NCBI GenBank assembly: GCA_018985225.1 | Contig: JADGIF010000068.1 | Span: 1 to 23,697 of the forward strand | Source of the DNA: Amoeboradix gromovi X-113 | Lineage: Eukaryota; Fungi; Sanchytriomycota | Direction of reading: 5' to 3' | DNA length: 23,697 bases | Part shown: piece after piece, positions 1 to 9,766 of the stretch | Numbering within the stretch: position 1 is the stretch's first letter | Layout: each line of letters starts with the position of its first letter | The notes under the pieces: generated by a model | The model's database searches: none | Told to the model about the DNA's origin: nothing | Seen by the model: only the letters and a program-made list of their open reading frames with translations | Program-made: the position numbers and the translations under genes

Positions 1-121
1 TAACGGCATGACCAAGCTCTCAGCTTCTCTCGTGAAATTTTAGATTTTCTAGCAAATCGGGGCTTTTGATAATGAGTCTCCCCATGACCCTATTGATGTT
101 TGAAACACTTTTAGATATAAA

Positions 122-3100
122 ATGATTGAGGATTTAAAAACAAACTTCATCGAATTGCTGGAATTAGCATCAAAATGCATATCATTAAAAACACAGTTTA
201 TAATCGATTCTGTTAATATAGATTGGGAAAGAAAAGAACCCGAGTTTGAAAAGCTGTATAGGGCAGCATTTGTCTTAGCTCACTATGAGTCGCAGTATTG
301 CTATGATATTATACAGAACTGGTTAAACGATATTGAAAATCAAGAACAATATAAAATGATTGTCGAAAATAGAATTGGAAAGGATGGAACTTCAATGAAA
401 GACTGCTATTTATTGCTATCATTGTCTCTTTGTGCTAGAGTGCTGTCATCTATATTTGATGGCGTCTCCGATGATGTTAAAAGAGGCAAGTTTGGTTACT
501 CTATTGAAAATGCTCTTTTTGTCTTGTTGAATAGATTTTCTTCAGCAAAACAAAAACTTCCTTTGACCCAATACTTTTTCAAAAATATATTGAAACTGTT
601 AAATGGGTTACTGGACATCCGCTTTATCGGAGTTACTGATCGATTGTTAAGTCAGATGAAGTCAAATAGCGTAAATATTGAAAAGTATTGTAAATTTATT
701 CGGCATTTATCTCTCACATACTACCCTACTGATAAACTAGAAGAAAGTGCTGACTTCTTAAAATCATTGAGCGAAATGTTCTTTAGCGTCTCTGAACATC
801 CATTGAAAAAGACTCTTTCTGACACAATCGTTAAACTGCTTCTACCTGCTATTCATACTCTTAAAGCAGAGTTAAAGATTCCCACTTGGGCTAGTTTTGT
901 AGATGATGTTCTGACTAAAATTTTAAAGTCCCTTTCCAAAACTAAATACGCTTCATACAATTTTCAACTGGCTGTTCACATACTATGTGCTTCCCCAGAA
1001 GAGAAGTTTTTGCTTCACTGGAGTACCCTCATTGAAATAGGTATCAAATACAAGGACTCAACGATGAGGAATCAGGCCTTGTACTATTCTAACAGGCTAA
1101 TTTATACTTACGTTTCAAAATATTGCAATAACTCTGCTAGTCTTAAACCAGTTCTCGGGCTATTCTCTAGCATTTTTCCTTTTGGGAAGCGCGGTTCTAT
1201 AATTCCTGAATATTCCGAAATACTTATGGTGCGTCTGTTTTTTCCAATGTTTATTAAATATCCCACTATTTGCTTTAAAAACATAGTTTTAATATGGCTG
1301 CAACATGACTTGATTATGAACAATAATGGTAAAATTGATATGTTTTGTCATGATCGGTTTTACCTGGGTATTGTTATCACTTGTTATTATGCCTACTTCA
1401 TAACCGAGTACGATTCTCTGTCTGACTTCAGGTGTGATGTGCCTTACGAGGAACTCATGAATTCTAAAAACATATCACTTTTAAAACTGGCTAAAATCGA
1501 AGATATGCTTCAAGTTTTGCACATTGTTATCTTTCGATATCTAAACGTATCAAGCTTGTTGTTTCTCGAAAATTCATTGTTCGGGGAAAAGTTCCTGCCT
1601 ACAAAGTTCATTGATCTTCCTATAGTAAGTGCCAATGTCGAAGACAAACTTAATACCGTAATTTCTAATTTTCAAACTAATGTTGACAGAGTAGTGGCAG
1701 ATACTCATAAACTTATCATAGAATACGAAAAGATATTGCTACCTCTGTTTGATGTTAATTTAAGAGCCAAAACATTTGTACATGGCATTATGAGTGTAAA
1801 TAAGAACGTTTCAATTATATCATATCAGACTTTAAAGAGCACTACCGCAACTGATACGATTAAAGTGGCACTAGAGTATTTGATTAAAAAATTGCCACAA
1901 CTGAGCAACCCGCTAAGACTTTTGATGAACGATGGAATCGGTTACTCAGAAAGATATGGTTTAGTGAGCATAACATGCGATCTCTTCAGAACAGCTTCTG
2001 CTAGACTGCAATTGACAGAGTATTTGCCCTGTTTATGCATGGTAGAAGCATACTGCTGCCTACTGCTCTGTTCGACTGATACTTCCTTGGCCAGTTGTAG
2101 CACAGTTTTCTTAGAAAGCATATCCAAAGTATCTAATGAATTAGGTTTAGATGGGAGGCTATGTCATCTTTTTGACTCAAATGACCTCCATTCATTTTCA
2201 TTCAATAAGTCGTGGAAGAAAATGTTTAAATCAGATAAAAAAGAAGAGAATTGGAGAGACGTTTGTTTTAAAGTTGTTCAACAATATTCCAAGAGTTCTA
2301 ATTCTAACTTGTTCTTATTCAGAGAGGAGATTTTCCACGCGGCTGAAGTACTAATAAACGAAGTGAATATGAGCGTGGAGAATGCTACATTAATTTGGGC
2401 ACCTAGAATTTCGCTAGATCAGAAGATTTATGAGGACTTGGACTGTTATCTGATTTTTTTGTTCGCTACAAGCACTCCTGATGCTCTGCAAAATAAGCAG
2501 CTCAAGAAGTTTGCATCTTTGCTAAGGTACATAATGACTATAAATAGCACCCCATGCAGATATATTGTAGTAGAAATTATTAAACGATTTAAATCATCAA
2601 TAAGTGAGTTGCTGATAGATGAATTTCAAGATGAAATTAGCAAGGTTACTATGGAATTGGGCGCCAAATCTTTCAGAAAAACAAAGAAGTACACTAAACT
2701 GGAACCTAGAACTGTCGAGTGGTTAATTATACTAACTTTTCTGATTATCAACTGTTCGCAACTGACAACTACAACAAGTCGGATGATTTGTGAGGAGCTG
2801 TTAACTGCATTGTTCGATTATGTCAAGACTGATCACTTGGACAACTATTATTACAACCTTAAGATATATTTTAACCTTTTAGCTAGGCATGTCCATGGCA
2901 TCAGTAGTATCCCATTTGTGGACGCAATAGGCTCTAAATTGTTAGTTGAAATAATAGAGGAAGTAAAGAATTGGACTGGCTATTACAAGGTACCTGTCTT
3001 GCTGACTCGTCATGACACAGCGGTTAGCAAATTGACAGAAACATTGCGTGATTTCAACGAGAAAGAGAAGGTTGCTTATATGTTTGAGCAATCATTGTTC

Positions 3101-6100
3101 GAACTGCAAGAAGAGTCTATCAGCCTAATCCTTGTTATAGCGTGTAGAGAATTTAAGACTACAAGTAATGATAACGATGTAGCTACGTATCTATCATATA
3201 TTAACTTCATTGAATGCGTACTAGATGACCTGAACATCGTGGCAGATAGGAACGTTAGAACTACAGCAAGTTTGAAAGCAATGATCAATCTTAATCCTAG
3301 TTTAACTGATGATCTAATTAAACGATGCTTTAACAACACAATAACCAGTGGCAAGTCTATATTCTACTCATTCGCTGTCATAGATTCGCGGGAGTTGTAT
3401 GCTAGTACATTATTATTAGCATTAATTAATTTGATTTCGTTTCCCCTAGAGAACAGAACTGCTGCTTTACAACTACTAAAGCAATCATATGCTGGCGATT
3501 CGCTAATGACAATTATCATGAATATTAAACAGCAGCAAGATGGAATGACGATTTTGATTATTTGTGAGATATTTGAATGCATCAAGCACTGTAATTCTAC
3601 ATGGTATTCATCTCTATTTAAAATATTAATATTGTTTATCGATGTTGAATGTAATGACGTGATAACAAAGCATTTAATTAATCTAACATACTTGAGGTAC
3701 AATGATTGTTACATTTCAGTTATTGAGACTTGGAAAGCCTGGTTTAATACCCATCTGAAATCAAAATGCGAATCATTGCTGTTAGTGTTAACAAGATACA
3801 ACATAACATTAAGACAAATAAAATTTATCGAATTCACACAGATAATACTCAAGATTGTGTATACGGAATGTTGTAAAGAAGTCTATTTGAATGTGCTATT
3901 AAACTCATTCACCTGGGAACATTTAATATTTCAAAAATCAGAGGAATTTGAATCCAGAGAAGACGAGGATGTACTGAGGTATTTTCAAGAAGAGCCGTTC
4001 AAAGGATCACTTTCGATTTCATTCATATCATTTCTTAATGTTTCGACTGTCCATCTGTTAAGTGAGAACTCGATTATCATAGAACAATACCTCTATCTGT
4101 TCGTATATGGGCTGCTGCACTTTAACAATACTAGCACATTGTTAAAACCAAAGATTCATTCCGTGATGCAGGTTGTAGCGTTACGATTGAACGTCCCATT
4201 TAAGCGGTTCAACGATCCGACTGATTATTTTTTAGAAATTGTTCCACATCTAACAGAAGAACTGAAAGTCAAGCTGGTTGATCAGATAGTGCAGTGGTTG
4301 AGCTATTGCCCGATAGTCAAGTTCCATATACCCAGTTTGAAGTTTATACAAATACTGAATCCCAAGGTAGAATCATACATATTTTTAGAGCTGATAAATT
4401 TGCTGCAGAAGACTTTACAAGATACATTGGATGAGACAATTGCGTTGAAGGAACAAGTTTATGAAACAATTTATTACTTATTACACGAGAAGCAATTCAC
4501 GAAAACAGACAAGTCCTATGCTTTATTCCTTACAAACATAATCAAGTACTGTCCTGAAGATGACGCCAACTTCAGTACGTTTACTCGAGTCTCAAAAATG
4601 TTTTTGCAATTGTATCCAAAGACGTGGTTCTTAATAGAACAAGAGACTGATGACGCTGATCTAATCCAGCTTTTATCGGCATTTACCAACCGATACTTTA
4701 AACGCCATTTGTCCTCAATCGATTATTTTACTTTTATTGATGAGTTCATCGGCATCGTTTATCAAAATAGGAAGAACAATGTGTACTTGGCCTTTGTTTT
4801 CATAGGTTTGCTGAAGTTGAGGGAAGAATTTCATACAGAGTTGCAAACCAGTTGCGTAGTTGCTACTTTATTGGAGATGCAACAAGTTAACAAATATTTT
4901 ACTGTTTTTAGTACAAAGAAACTAAAAGATTATTCGGAGTTCCTGAATCAGACTAGCAACATATTACTGCTGATAAATGATGACGCATTTCATTCGGAAT
5001 TCTCATCGCTGTTGTTTGAGATCTTTGAATATTCAAAAGATCCATTAGAAACCATACAGTTTATTAAGAGATATACAAGCAAAAGAATGAGAGAGGGCTT
5101 GAAGATATTTCTGCCTAATTTCGATGCATGGCTGATAGAATTAAAGTTCGAAGAATCGGTGCTATCACACATGATGACACTTTACACCGATATAATGGCA
5201 TACGAACAGAAGGAGGCATTTGTTGGCAACCCGTTGCACAAGTTTAACAGCATTTTAATTTACAACGACTCTTTAAAGACATTTTTGATGAAATGGAAGC
5301 CTGATTTCCAAATGAAGAACACTTTAAGATTTTCTTACGATGCTCTATTGCATGACTCTATAGAAGAGAGTATGCGGTCTAGTATCTCTCATTTCGATGA
5401 CCATTTAGCAACTAGACTTGATTTTATACCAAGTGCATCATCATTGGCTATTTATGATACAAACAACAGCGATATATCGACATCATCGTCATCAATAAGC
5501 CTAGGAACCTCCACGCAGGCATTTGATGTGACAAACTTAAGGATTCTTGAGGAAAATGAAGATTTGCAGAAAAAGACTGAAGAACTGGAAAGCATTGATG
5601 AGCTCACTAAGATGGAGCCACCTGAAAAACTCATGTATGATCCAAGCAAAAACAAATCACAGAAACATAAAAGAAGTCAATCCCTGGCTGCTCAATCGTC
5701 GAAATCGTCCACCATTAACAAAGACTCGATATTAGGTAGCGCCATTCAAGTTAATGCTAGTAAAGATCACAGCGCTGAAGATATTATCATGACCCCGGAT
5801 GATCCAATGCAGAACGTTGAGTTTGAAGATTTAAAAAGAGTTAAAACCGACACAGCTAGTGAAAGAAGTGTAGTTGGAACTGAAATCGAGGTCACACCCT
5901 CGGATGGTCTTATCGTTGCAGATATAAGAAACTCTGCAAATAAAATTGATATGACCAAAGAGACTATTCAAGTCTCTGATGCCAAGGACGAGCAATCCCG
6001 TTGTGATGTTTCAATTAACTTGCGCGTCGACAAGGATGGCCCAGATTCAAATCCTTCAGTAGACATATCAAGCACAGTATCATTGACTCCATCTACCGCT

Positions 6101-6583
6101 CAGTCAAACAGAGTATCATCATTCAACTCGCTAATTAGTGAGGAAGAACTGGTATTTCCGTTAAAAAAGCGTAGTTCCAAGAAGAGGTCTAAACTGGTAC
6201 TTGAAATGAACAGTGTTTGCACCGAAGGATATTTACAAAAGAACATTGAGCAGTACAAATCGTCTATTAGTAGCACTTTGAAGATAGAGTTAAACGACAT
6301 CGAGTCATTTGAACTGACTCCTACTTTTAGTTCTGAAAACAGCACTCGAATCAGAGTCGAGCTAAACGCAGATGAAGATGCAGATTTAAAATTGATGGAA
6401 ACCGAGATATCATCATCCATAAGGAATGGATCTCTTTTAATACCAGTAATAAGCAACCAAATATCTCTGGGAGTCAAGGACAGCAAGGCAATAGATCAGC
6501 GTAAATCAGATTCTACAAAGAGCGATAACATAAAGAGGAAGGCAAACTTATCAAGACCAAGCGTTAAGAATTTGTTTCAATAA
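122..6583 (+). CDS. TAO3: Cell morphogenesis scaffold of the Tao3/Pag1/Mor2/Furry family (RAM/MOR network), HEAT/ARM-like solenoid with a Ser-rich low-complexity C-terminal tail
   Basis: 2153-aa ORF. The segment 'FIRHLSLTYYPTDKLEESADFLKSLSEMF...LLLPAIHTLKAELKIPTW' matches the MOR2-PAG1_N signature as I recall it (lkLk.YP.e.fEeSa.F..sl...F...LLLP.a....aEvn.P.W). The size fits the family. The true start may lie slightly upstream. Confidence 0.85.
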   Translation: MIEDLKTNFIELLELASKCISLKTQFIIDSVNIDWERKEPEFEKLYRAAFVLAHYESQYCYDIIQNWLNDIENQEQYKMIVENRIGKDGTSMKDCYLLLSLSLCARVLSSIFDGVSDDVKRGKFGYSIENALFVLLNRFSSAKQKLPLTQYFFKNILKLLNGLLDIRFIGVTDRLLSQMKSNSVNIEKYCKFIRHLSLTYYPTDKLEESADFLKSLSEMFFSVSEHPLKKTLSDTIVKLLLPAIHTLKAELKIPTWASFVDDVLTKILKSLSKTKYASYNFQLAVHILCASPEEKFLLHWSTLIEIGIKYKDSTMRNQALYYSNRLIYTYVSKYCNNSASLKPVLGLFSSIFPFGKRGSIIPEYSEILMVRLFFPMFIKYPTICFKNIVLIWLQHDLIMNNNGKIDMFCHDRFYLGIVITCYYAYFITEYDSLSDFRCDVPYEELMNSKNISLLKLAKIEDMLQVLHIVIFRYLNVSSLLFLENSLFGEKFLPTKFIDLPIVSANVEDKLNTVISNFQTNVDRVVADTHKLIIEYEKILLPLFDVNLRAKTFVHGIMSVNKNVSIISYQTLKSTTATDTIKVALEYLIKKLPQLSNPLRLLMNDGIGYSERYGLVSITCDLFRTASARLQLTEYLPCLCMVEAYCCLLLCSTDTSLASCSTVFLESISKVSNELGLDGRLCHLFDSNDLHSFSFNKSWKKMFKSDKKEENWRDVCFKVVQQYSKSSNSNLFLFREEIFHAAEVLINEVNMSVENATLIWAPRISLDQKIYEDLDCYLIFLFATSTPDALQNKQLKKFASLLRYIMTINSTPCRYIVVEIIKRFKSSISELLIDEFQDEISKVTMELGAKSFRKTKKYTKLEPRTVEWLIILTFLIINCSQLTTTTSRMICEELLTALFDYVKTDHLDNYYYNLKIYFNLLARHVHGISSIPFVDAIGSKLLVEIIEEVKNWTGYYKVPVLLTRHDTAVSKLTETLRDFNEKEKVAYMFEQSLFELQEESISLILVIACREFKTTSNDNDVATYLSYINFIECVLDDLNIVADRNVRTTASLKAMINLNPSLTDDLIKRCFNNTITSGKSIFYSFAVIDSRELYASTLLLALINLISFPLENRTAALQLLKQSYAGDSLMTIIMNIKQQQDGMTILIICEIFECIKHCNSTWYSSLFKILILFIDVECNDVITKHLINLTYLRYNDCYISVIETWKAWFNTHLKSKCESLLLVLTRYNITLRQIKFIEFTQIILKIVYTECCKEVYLNVLLNSFTWEHLIFQKSEEFESREDEDVLRYFQEEPFKGSLSISFISFLNVSTVHLLSENSIIIEQYLYLFVYGLLHFNNTSTLLKPKIHSVMQVVALRLNVPFKRFNDPTDYFLEIVPHLTEELKVKLVDQIVQWLSYCPIVKFHIPSLKFIQILNPKVESYIFLELINLLQKTLQDTLDETIALKEQVYETIYYLLHEKQFTKTDKSYALFLTNIIKYCPEDDANFSTFTRVSKMFLQLYPKTWFLIEQETDDADLIQLLSAFTNRYFKRHLSSIDYFTFIDEFIGIVYQNRKNNVYLAFVFIGLLKLREEFHTELQTSCVVATLLEMQQVNKYFTVFSTKKLKDYSEFLNQTSNILLLINDDAFHSEFSSLLFEIFEYSKDPLETIQFIKRYTSKRMREGLKIFLPNFDAWLIELKFEESVLSHMMTLYTDIMAYEQKEAFVGNPLHKFNSILIYNDSLKTFLMKWKPDFQMKNTLRFSYDALLHDSIEESMRSSISHFDDHLATRLDFIPSASSLAIYDTNNSDISTSSSSISLGTSTQAFDVTNLRILEENEDLQKKTEELESIDELTKMEPPEKLMYDPSKNKSQKHKRSQSLAAQSSKSSTINKDSILGSAIQVNASKDHSAEDIIMTPDDPMQNVEFEDLKRVKTDTASERSVVGTEIEVTPSDGLIVADIRNSANKIDMTKETIQVSDAKDEQSRCDVSINLRVDKDGPDSNPSVDISSTVSLTPSTAQSNRVSSFNSLISEEELVFPLKKRSSKKRSKLVLEMNSVCTEGYLQKNIEQYKSSISSTLKIELNDIESFELTPTFSSENSTRIRVELNADEDADLKLMETEISSSIRNGSLLIPVISNQISLGVKDSKAIDQRKSDSTKSDNIKRKANLSRPSVKNLFQ

Positions 6584-6606
6584 GAGAAGTAAAAGTATTT
6601 ATTTTA

Positions 6607-8376
6607 TCAACGTCGATCTGCTTTAAATCCTCGCTTACCAGAGAATAAATATTTAGGCATTTTGGAGAATATTTTACGATCAATGTTTGCTTTCTGGATA
6701 ATTCCCAATTTGATTTCTTTCAACTCTTTATGCTTTTGCAAGTCTAGAACATCGCCCATAACAGCATCATTCGTAGATCCGTTGTCCGATCCATCATTGC
6801 TTTCATTATTCTCCGAGTCCAGGTCCATATCGGTTGGTCGTCTCTTTGGCTTGCTTCTAGTTGCTTTGAATGTCTGTCTAGTCAGTTTATGCATTTGGGT
6901 GCTTACATGTTTTCTGTCTCTGATATTAGAGGCAATAAATCGTAGTTGCTTGGCTACAGGGTTCTTCAAGCTAATTTTGTATTGGCCCGACGCATGCATG
7001 GCTTCTTCTTCTTGCTCTAGGGCCAATAATTTTTTTTCTATATCAGCATCTACAAAGTCGGCTACATTCCTACCATCCATGATTTCAGGGATTTGGTCAT
7101 ATTTCCAGTCTTCCATCTCCAATATGTACTTTTTATTCAAATCCACGCTATAGACACCAGTGCCACCATTTTGAAGTTCCAAATCTCGCTCCAAAATTCT
7201 TCGATTTGGATCAGAGTAGTCATAAAGGGGCAAGTTTTGAGTTGTCTTCTCCAACACTGCACGAGGAATTGTGGCTGCTCTCACAACTTCGTCCCTCTTA
7301 AGAGGCAAAGCTACATTCAATTTGTCCAAGATGGAATCTGCCTTGTTCTTTAAGAACTTCTGCTCTAATCGCTGTGCCAATAACATATCACATGCACCAT
7401 TTCTAACACCAATAACATTGTCCTCCGTCATACTACTCAATGAGTTGATCAAGTATCCTTCAAAAGCCTCTTTAAAACAAGCCATTTCTTCAGGCTCCAA
7501 ACTGCTCAAACTGCGCAAATCACTTTTTGAACAAACAATCATTGTCGGTTTGTTGGCGAATAAAGGTTTGATGGAATTAAACAAATTGCACTGGTCCTTA
7601 ATAGAATAACCACATTGCTCTGATAGATCTACAAAATACATTATGCAGGATCGTATGTGAGCCAATGCGGTAATACTTTGCATCTCTATAGTATTTCTAT
7701 CTTCCAATGGATGGTCTAGGATACCAGGTGTATCGATTACCTGCCATCTTAGGTAGTTGAAGTCAAAGTGACCAACATATAGTGCCTTGGTCGTAAATGC
7801 ATATGGCTGCACTTCCACCTCTGCACGAGATACCTTATTCATGAAACTAGACTTTCCCACGTTGGGATACCCACATACAATCAGAGTTCTTGTAGTAGGA
7901 TCAATGCTTGGTAATCTGCCCATATGTTGTCTGACTTGTTCTAAATACACCAAAGCCTTCTTTTGCTTCTTCACCATTGTAACCATCCTACCTAGGGCTG
8001 CGCGTTTTAACATCTTTGCTCGATACAATGAGTCTGCGTACTTTAACAACTTGACGTACTCTTTACCAATTGCAATAACTTTATTTTTGGTCAGGTTCAA
8101 ATGACCCAAGGCCAACTTGTAGTGATCCTTGTCATATAGTACATTCAAAAGATCGGAATAGAATGGATGGATATCTTCCAGTTTAGGAAAATCTGTTAAA
8201 ATCACGTCAATTCGCTCTACAAATTCCTGAGAAGTAAATTTTACTTTTGTCATGTAAAACTTTCTAATTCTAGATATCTGAAAATTGGCATGTATTTCAG
8301 TAGGTGTCTTACGTTGAGTCTTTGACAGCACTATGTCTATTATATCCTCTGGTACTACACGAATACTTTTGAACAT
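6607..8376 (-). CDS. NOG1: Nucleolar GTP-binding protein 1 (60S ribosome biogenesis GTPase)
   Basis: N-terminal 'DIVLSKTQRKTPT', G1 'GYPNVGKSS', G2 'YAFTT', G3 'DTPG', NOGCT region 'WKYDQIPEIMDGRNVADFVD' and C-terminal 'PKYLFSGKRG'. Confidence 0.97.
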   Translation of the reverse strand: MFKSIRVVPEDIIDIVLSKTQRKTPTEIHANFQISRIRKFYMTKVKFTSQEFVERIDVILTDFPKLEDIHPFYSDLLNVLYDKDHYKLALGHLNLTKNKVIAIGKEYVKLLKYADSLYRAKMLKRAALGRMVTMVKKQKKALVYLEQVRQHMGRLPSIDPTTRTLIVCGYPNVGKSSFMNKVSRAEVEVQPYAFTTKALYVGHFDFNYLRWQVIDTPGILDHPLEDRNTIEMQSITALAHIRSCIMYFVDLSEQCGYSIKDQCNLFNSIKPLFANKPTMIVCSKSDLRSLSSLEPEEMACFKEAFEGYLINSLSSMTEDNVIGVRNGACDMLLAQRLEQKFLKNKADSILDKLNVALPLKRDEVVRAATIPRAVLEKTTQNLPLYDYSDPNRRILERDLELQNGGTGVYSVDLNKKYILEMEDWKYDQIPEIMDGRNVADFVDADIEKKLLALEQEEEAMHASGQYKISLKNPVAKQLRFIASNIRDRKHVSTQMHKLTRQTFKATRSKPKRRPTDMDLDSENNESNDGSDNGSTNDAVMGDVLDLQKHKELKEIKLGIIQKANIDRKIFSKMPKYLFSGKRGFKADRR

Positions 8377-8457
8377 TAAGTTTTACCCTCTGACCCTGGA
8401 ATTAAAAAGCAATTTGAACACGCCCTATGAAGAAGATGGGCAGAGGCATACGACAAT

Positions 8458-8706
8458 CTAGTAGATGTCCAATGCTACGCCAGTATACTCCAATGTTGTA
8501 TATTTGCGGGTCGATTTGTAAATGATGTTACACCAATTTCTGGCTACAGAAGCCTGGCAAAGTAGACTGGTGGTAAAAAGTATCCAATTAAAGGATAGGT
8601 TACAAAATATTGGGTGTTTAAGTCTGTTTAGTTCTATTTGTTGAGATGTTTGTGCTAAAAAGTTTTCATAGTTTTTGTAGAATGTGTTCCAACTTGTGGG
8701 TATCAT
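8458..8706 (-). CDS. Hypothetical 82-aa protein (possible small orphan gene)
   Basis: ATG-started ORF filling most of the gap between the zinc-finger gene and NOG1, on the same strand. No recognisable motif; could be non-coding. Confidence 0.25.
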   Translation of the reverse strand: MIPTSWNTFYKNYENFLAQTSQQIELNRLKHPIFCNLSFNWILFTTSLLCQASVARNWCNIIYKSTRKYTTLEYTGVALDIY

Positions 8707-8726
8707 TAAACGCTAATTTATTGCTG

Positions 8727-8987
8727 CTACATGGTCTTGTTATGTACCTTTGTCAAATGATTCTTTAATCCAGAGTGAGATGCATATGATTTCGAGCAGT
8801 AAGTGCATGTAAAGACTTTTTTCATTAATAAATCTGTCGGAATACTGCTGTTGCTGTCCTCCATTTGAATTGTTGGTTTCTGCATAATTGACTTATCTTG
8901 TTCCGTGTGTGTTTCCTTGTGACCATATAACTCGTATAACGTTTTGAATGTCTTGCTGCAACACTCATATGGCACATCCTCAAACAT
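8727..8987 (-). CDS. Small (86 aa) two-finger C2H2 zinc-finger protein, Sfp1/JAZF1-like split-finger layout
   Basis: 'YECCSKTFKTLYELYGHKETH' and 'FTCTYCSKSYASHSGLKNHLTKVH'. The first in-frame ATG is at 8987 (the ORF track starts at a TTG at 9020). AATAAA lies 4 nt after the TAG (8717-8722). Confidence 0.8.
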   Translation of the reverse strand: MFEDVPYECCSKTFKTLYELYGHKETHTEQDKSIMQKPTIQMEDSNSSIPTDLLMKKVFTCTYCSKSYASHSGLKNHLTKVHNKTM

Positions 8988-9642
8988 AAGGTGGGACAGA
9001 ATTCGAGAAAACGGCCCCAATTATAAGCCGGAGATACTCCCTGCGAGACTGTCCCATAATGGCACTTCATTTAGTTTCCTTGTTGCCAACTTGGTTTTTC
9101 ACGCCCAATCTAATAATTATGAACAATACGATTATATCAATAGCAGATTCCTGTTCCAAGACTTTGGTGCCCCTCCTTAAAAGTTATGGTATCCAAGATA
9201 ATTGCGAATTTTTACAGAGAAACTGAGACAACTAGTCGCCGTTACAGCACTTGCTCACGCTTCCACTACCCTAAGACGGTATTGAATAAGGATGCAAGTA
9301 ATATTTGTTCCTTGTTGCCATATGGTCTCAGTCCATTTCCAAATGACAATTTGCACGTGTAGCAAAGCAAGTATCAGTGACATGTTCCTTACGAAATGCG
9401 ATTCCAGTATTGTACCCTGTGTAAACTTCACCAGTAAATGATTCATTACAACCTATCAATGCCTTTCCGTAATCTATCAAAGCTGACCAGAGTATCCAGC
9501 TTTATGCAGTTGGGATACATATAATTGCGGTAAATAACTTCTTTAATTAGAATTAAAACCTGCTTTTATCAGACATTGTTTAGCAATTGTGAATGCGCGA
9601 CAGATGATTTGAGCAAACTCTCAAACTTTTCATAAGATTTTA

Positions 9643-9716
9643 CGCCCTCGTGGGGTCTCGATCCCCAGACCTTCCGATTAAAAGTCGGACGCTCTACCAA
9701 ACTGAGCTACGAGGGC
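9643..9716 (-). tRNA. tRNA-Lys, anticodon UUU, intronless
   Basis: The reverse complement folds as a cloverleaf: acceptor GCCCTCG/CGAGGGC plus discriminator G; D-arm GCTC-AGTTTGGTA-GAGC; anticodon arm TCCGA-CTTTTAA-TCGGA; variable loop AGGTC; T-arm TGGGG-ATCGAGA-CCCCA. Confidence 0.95.
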
Positions 9717-9766
9717 TTAGAATGCTGGCTCTACAAACACGATAAATTTAGGTTTACAATGGTACC

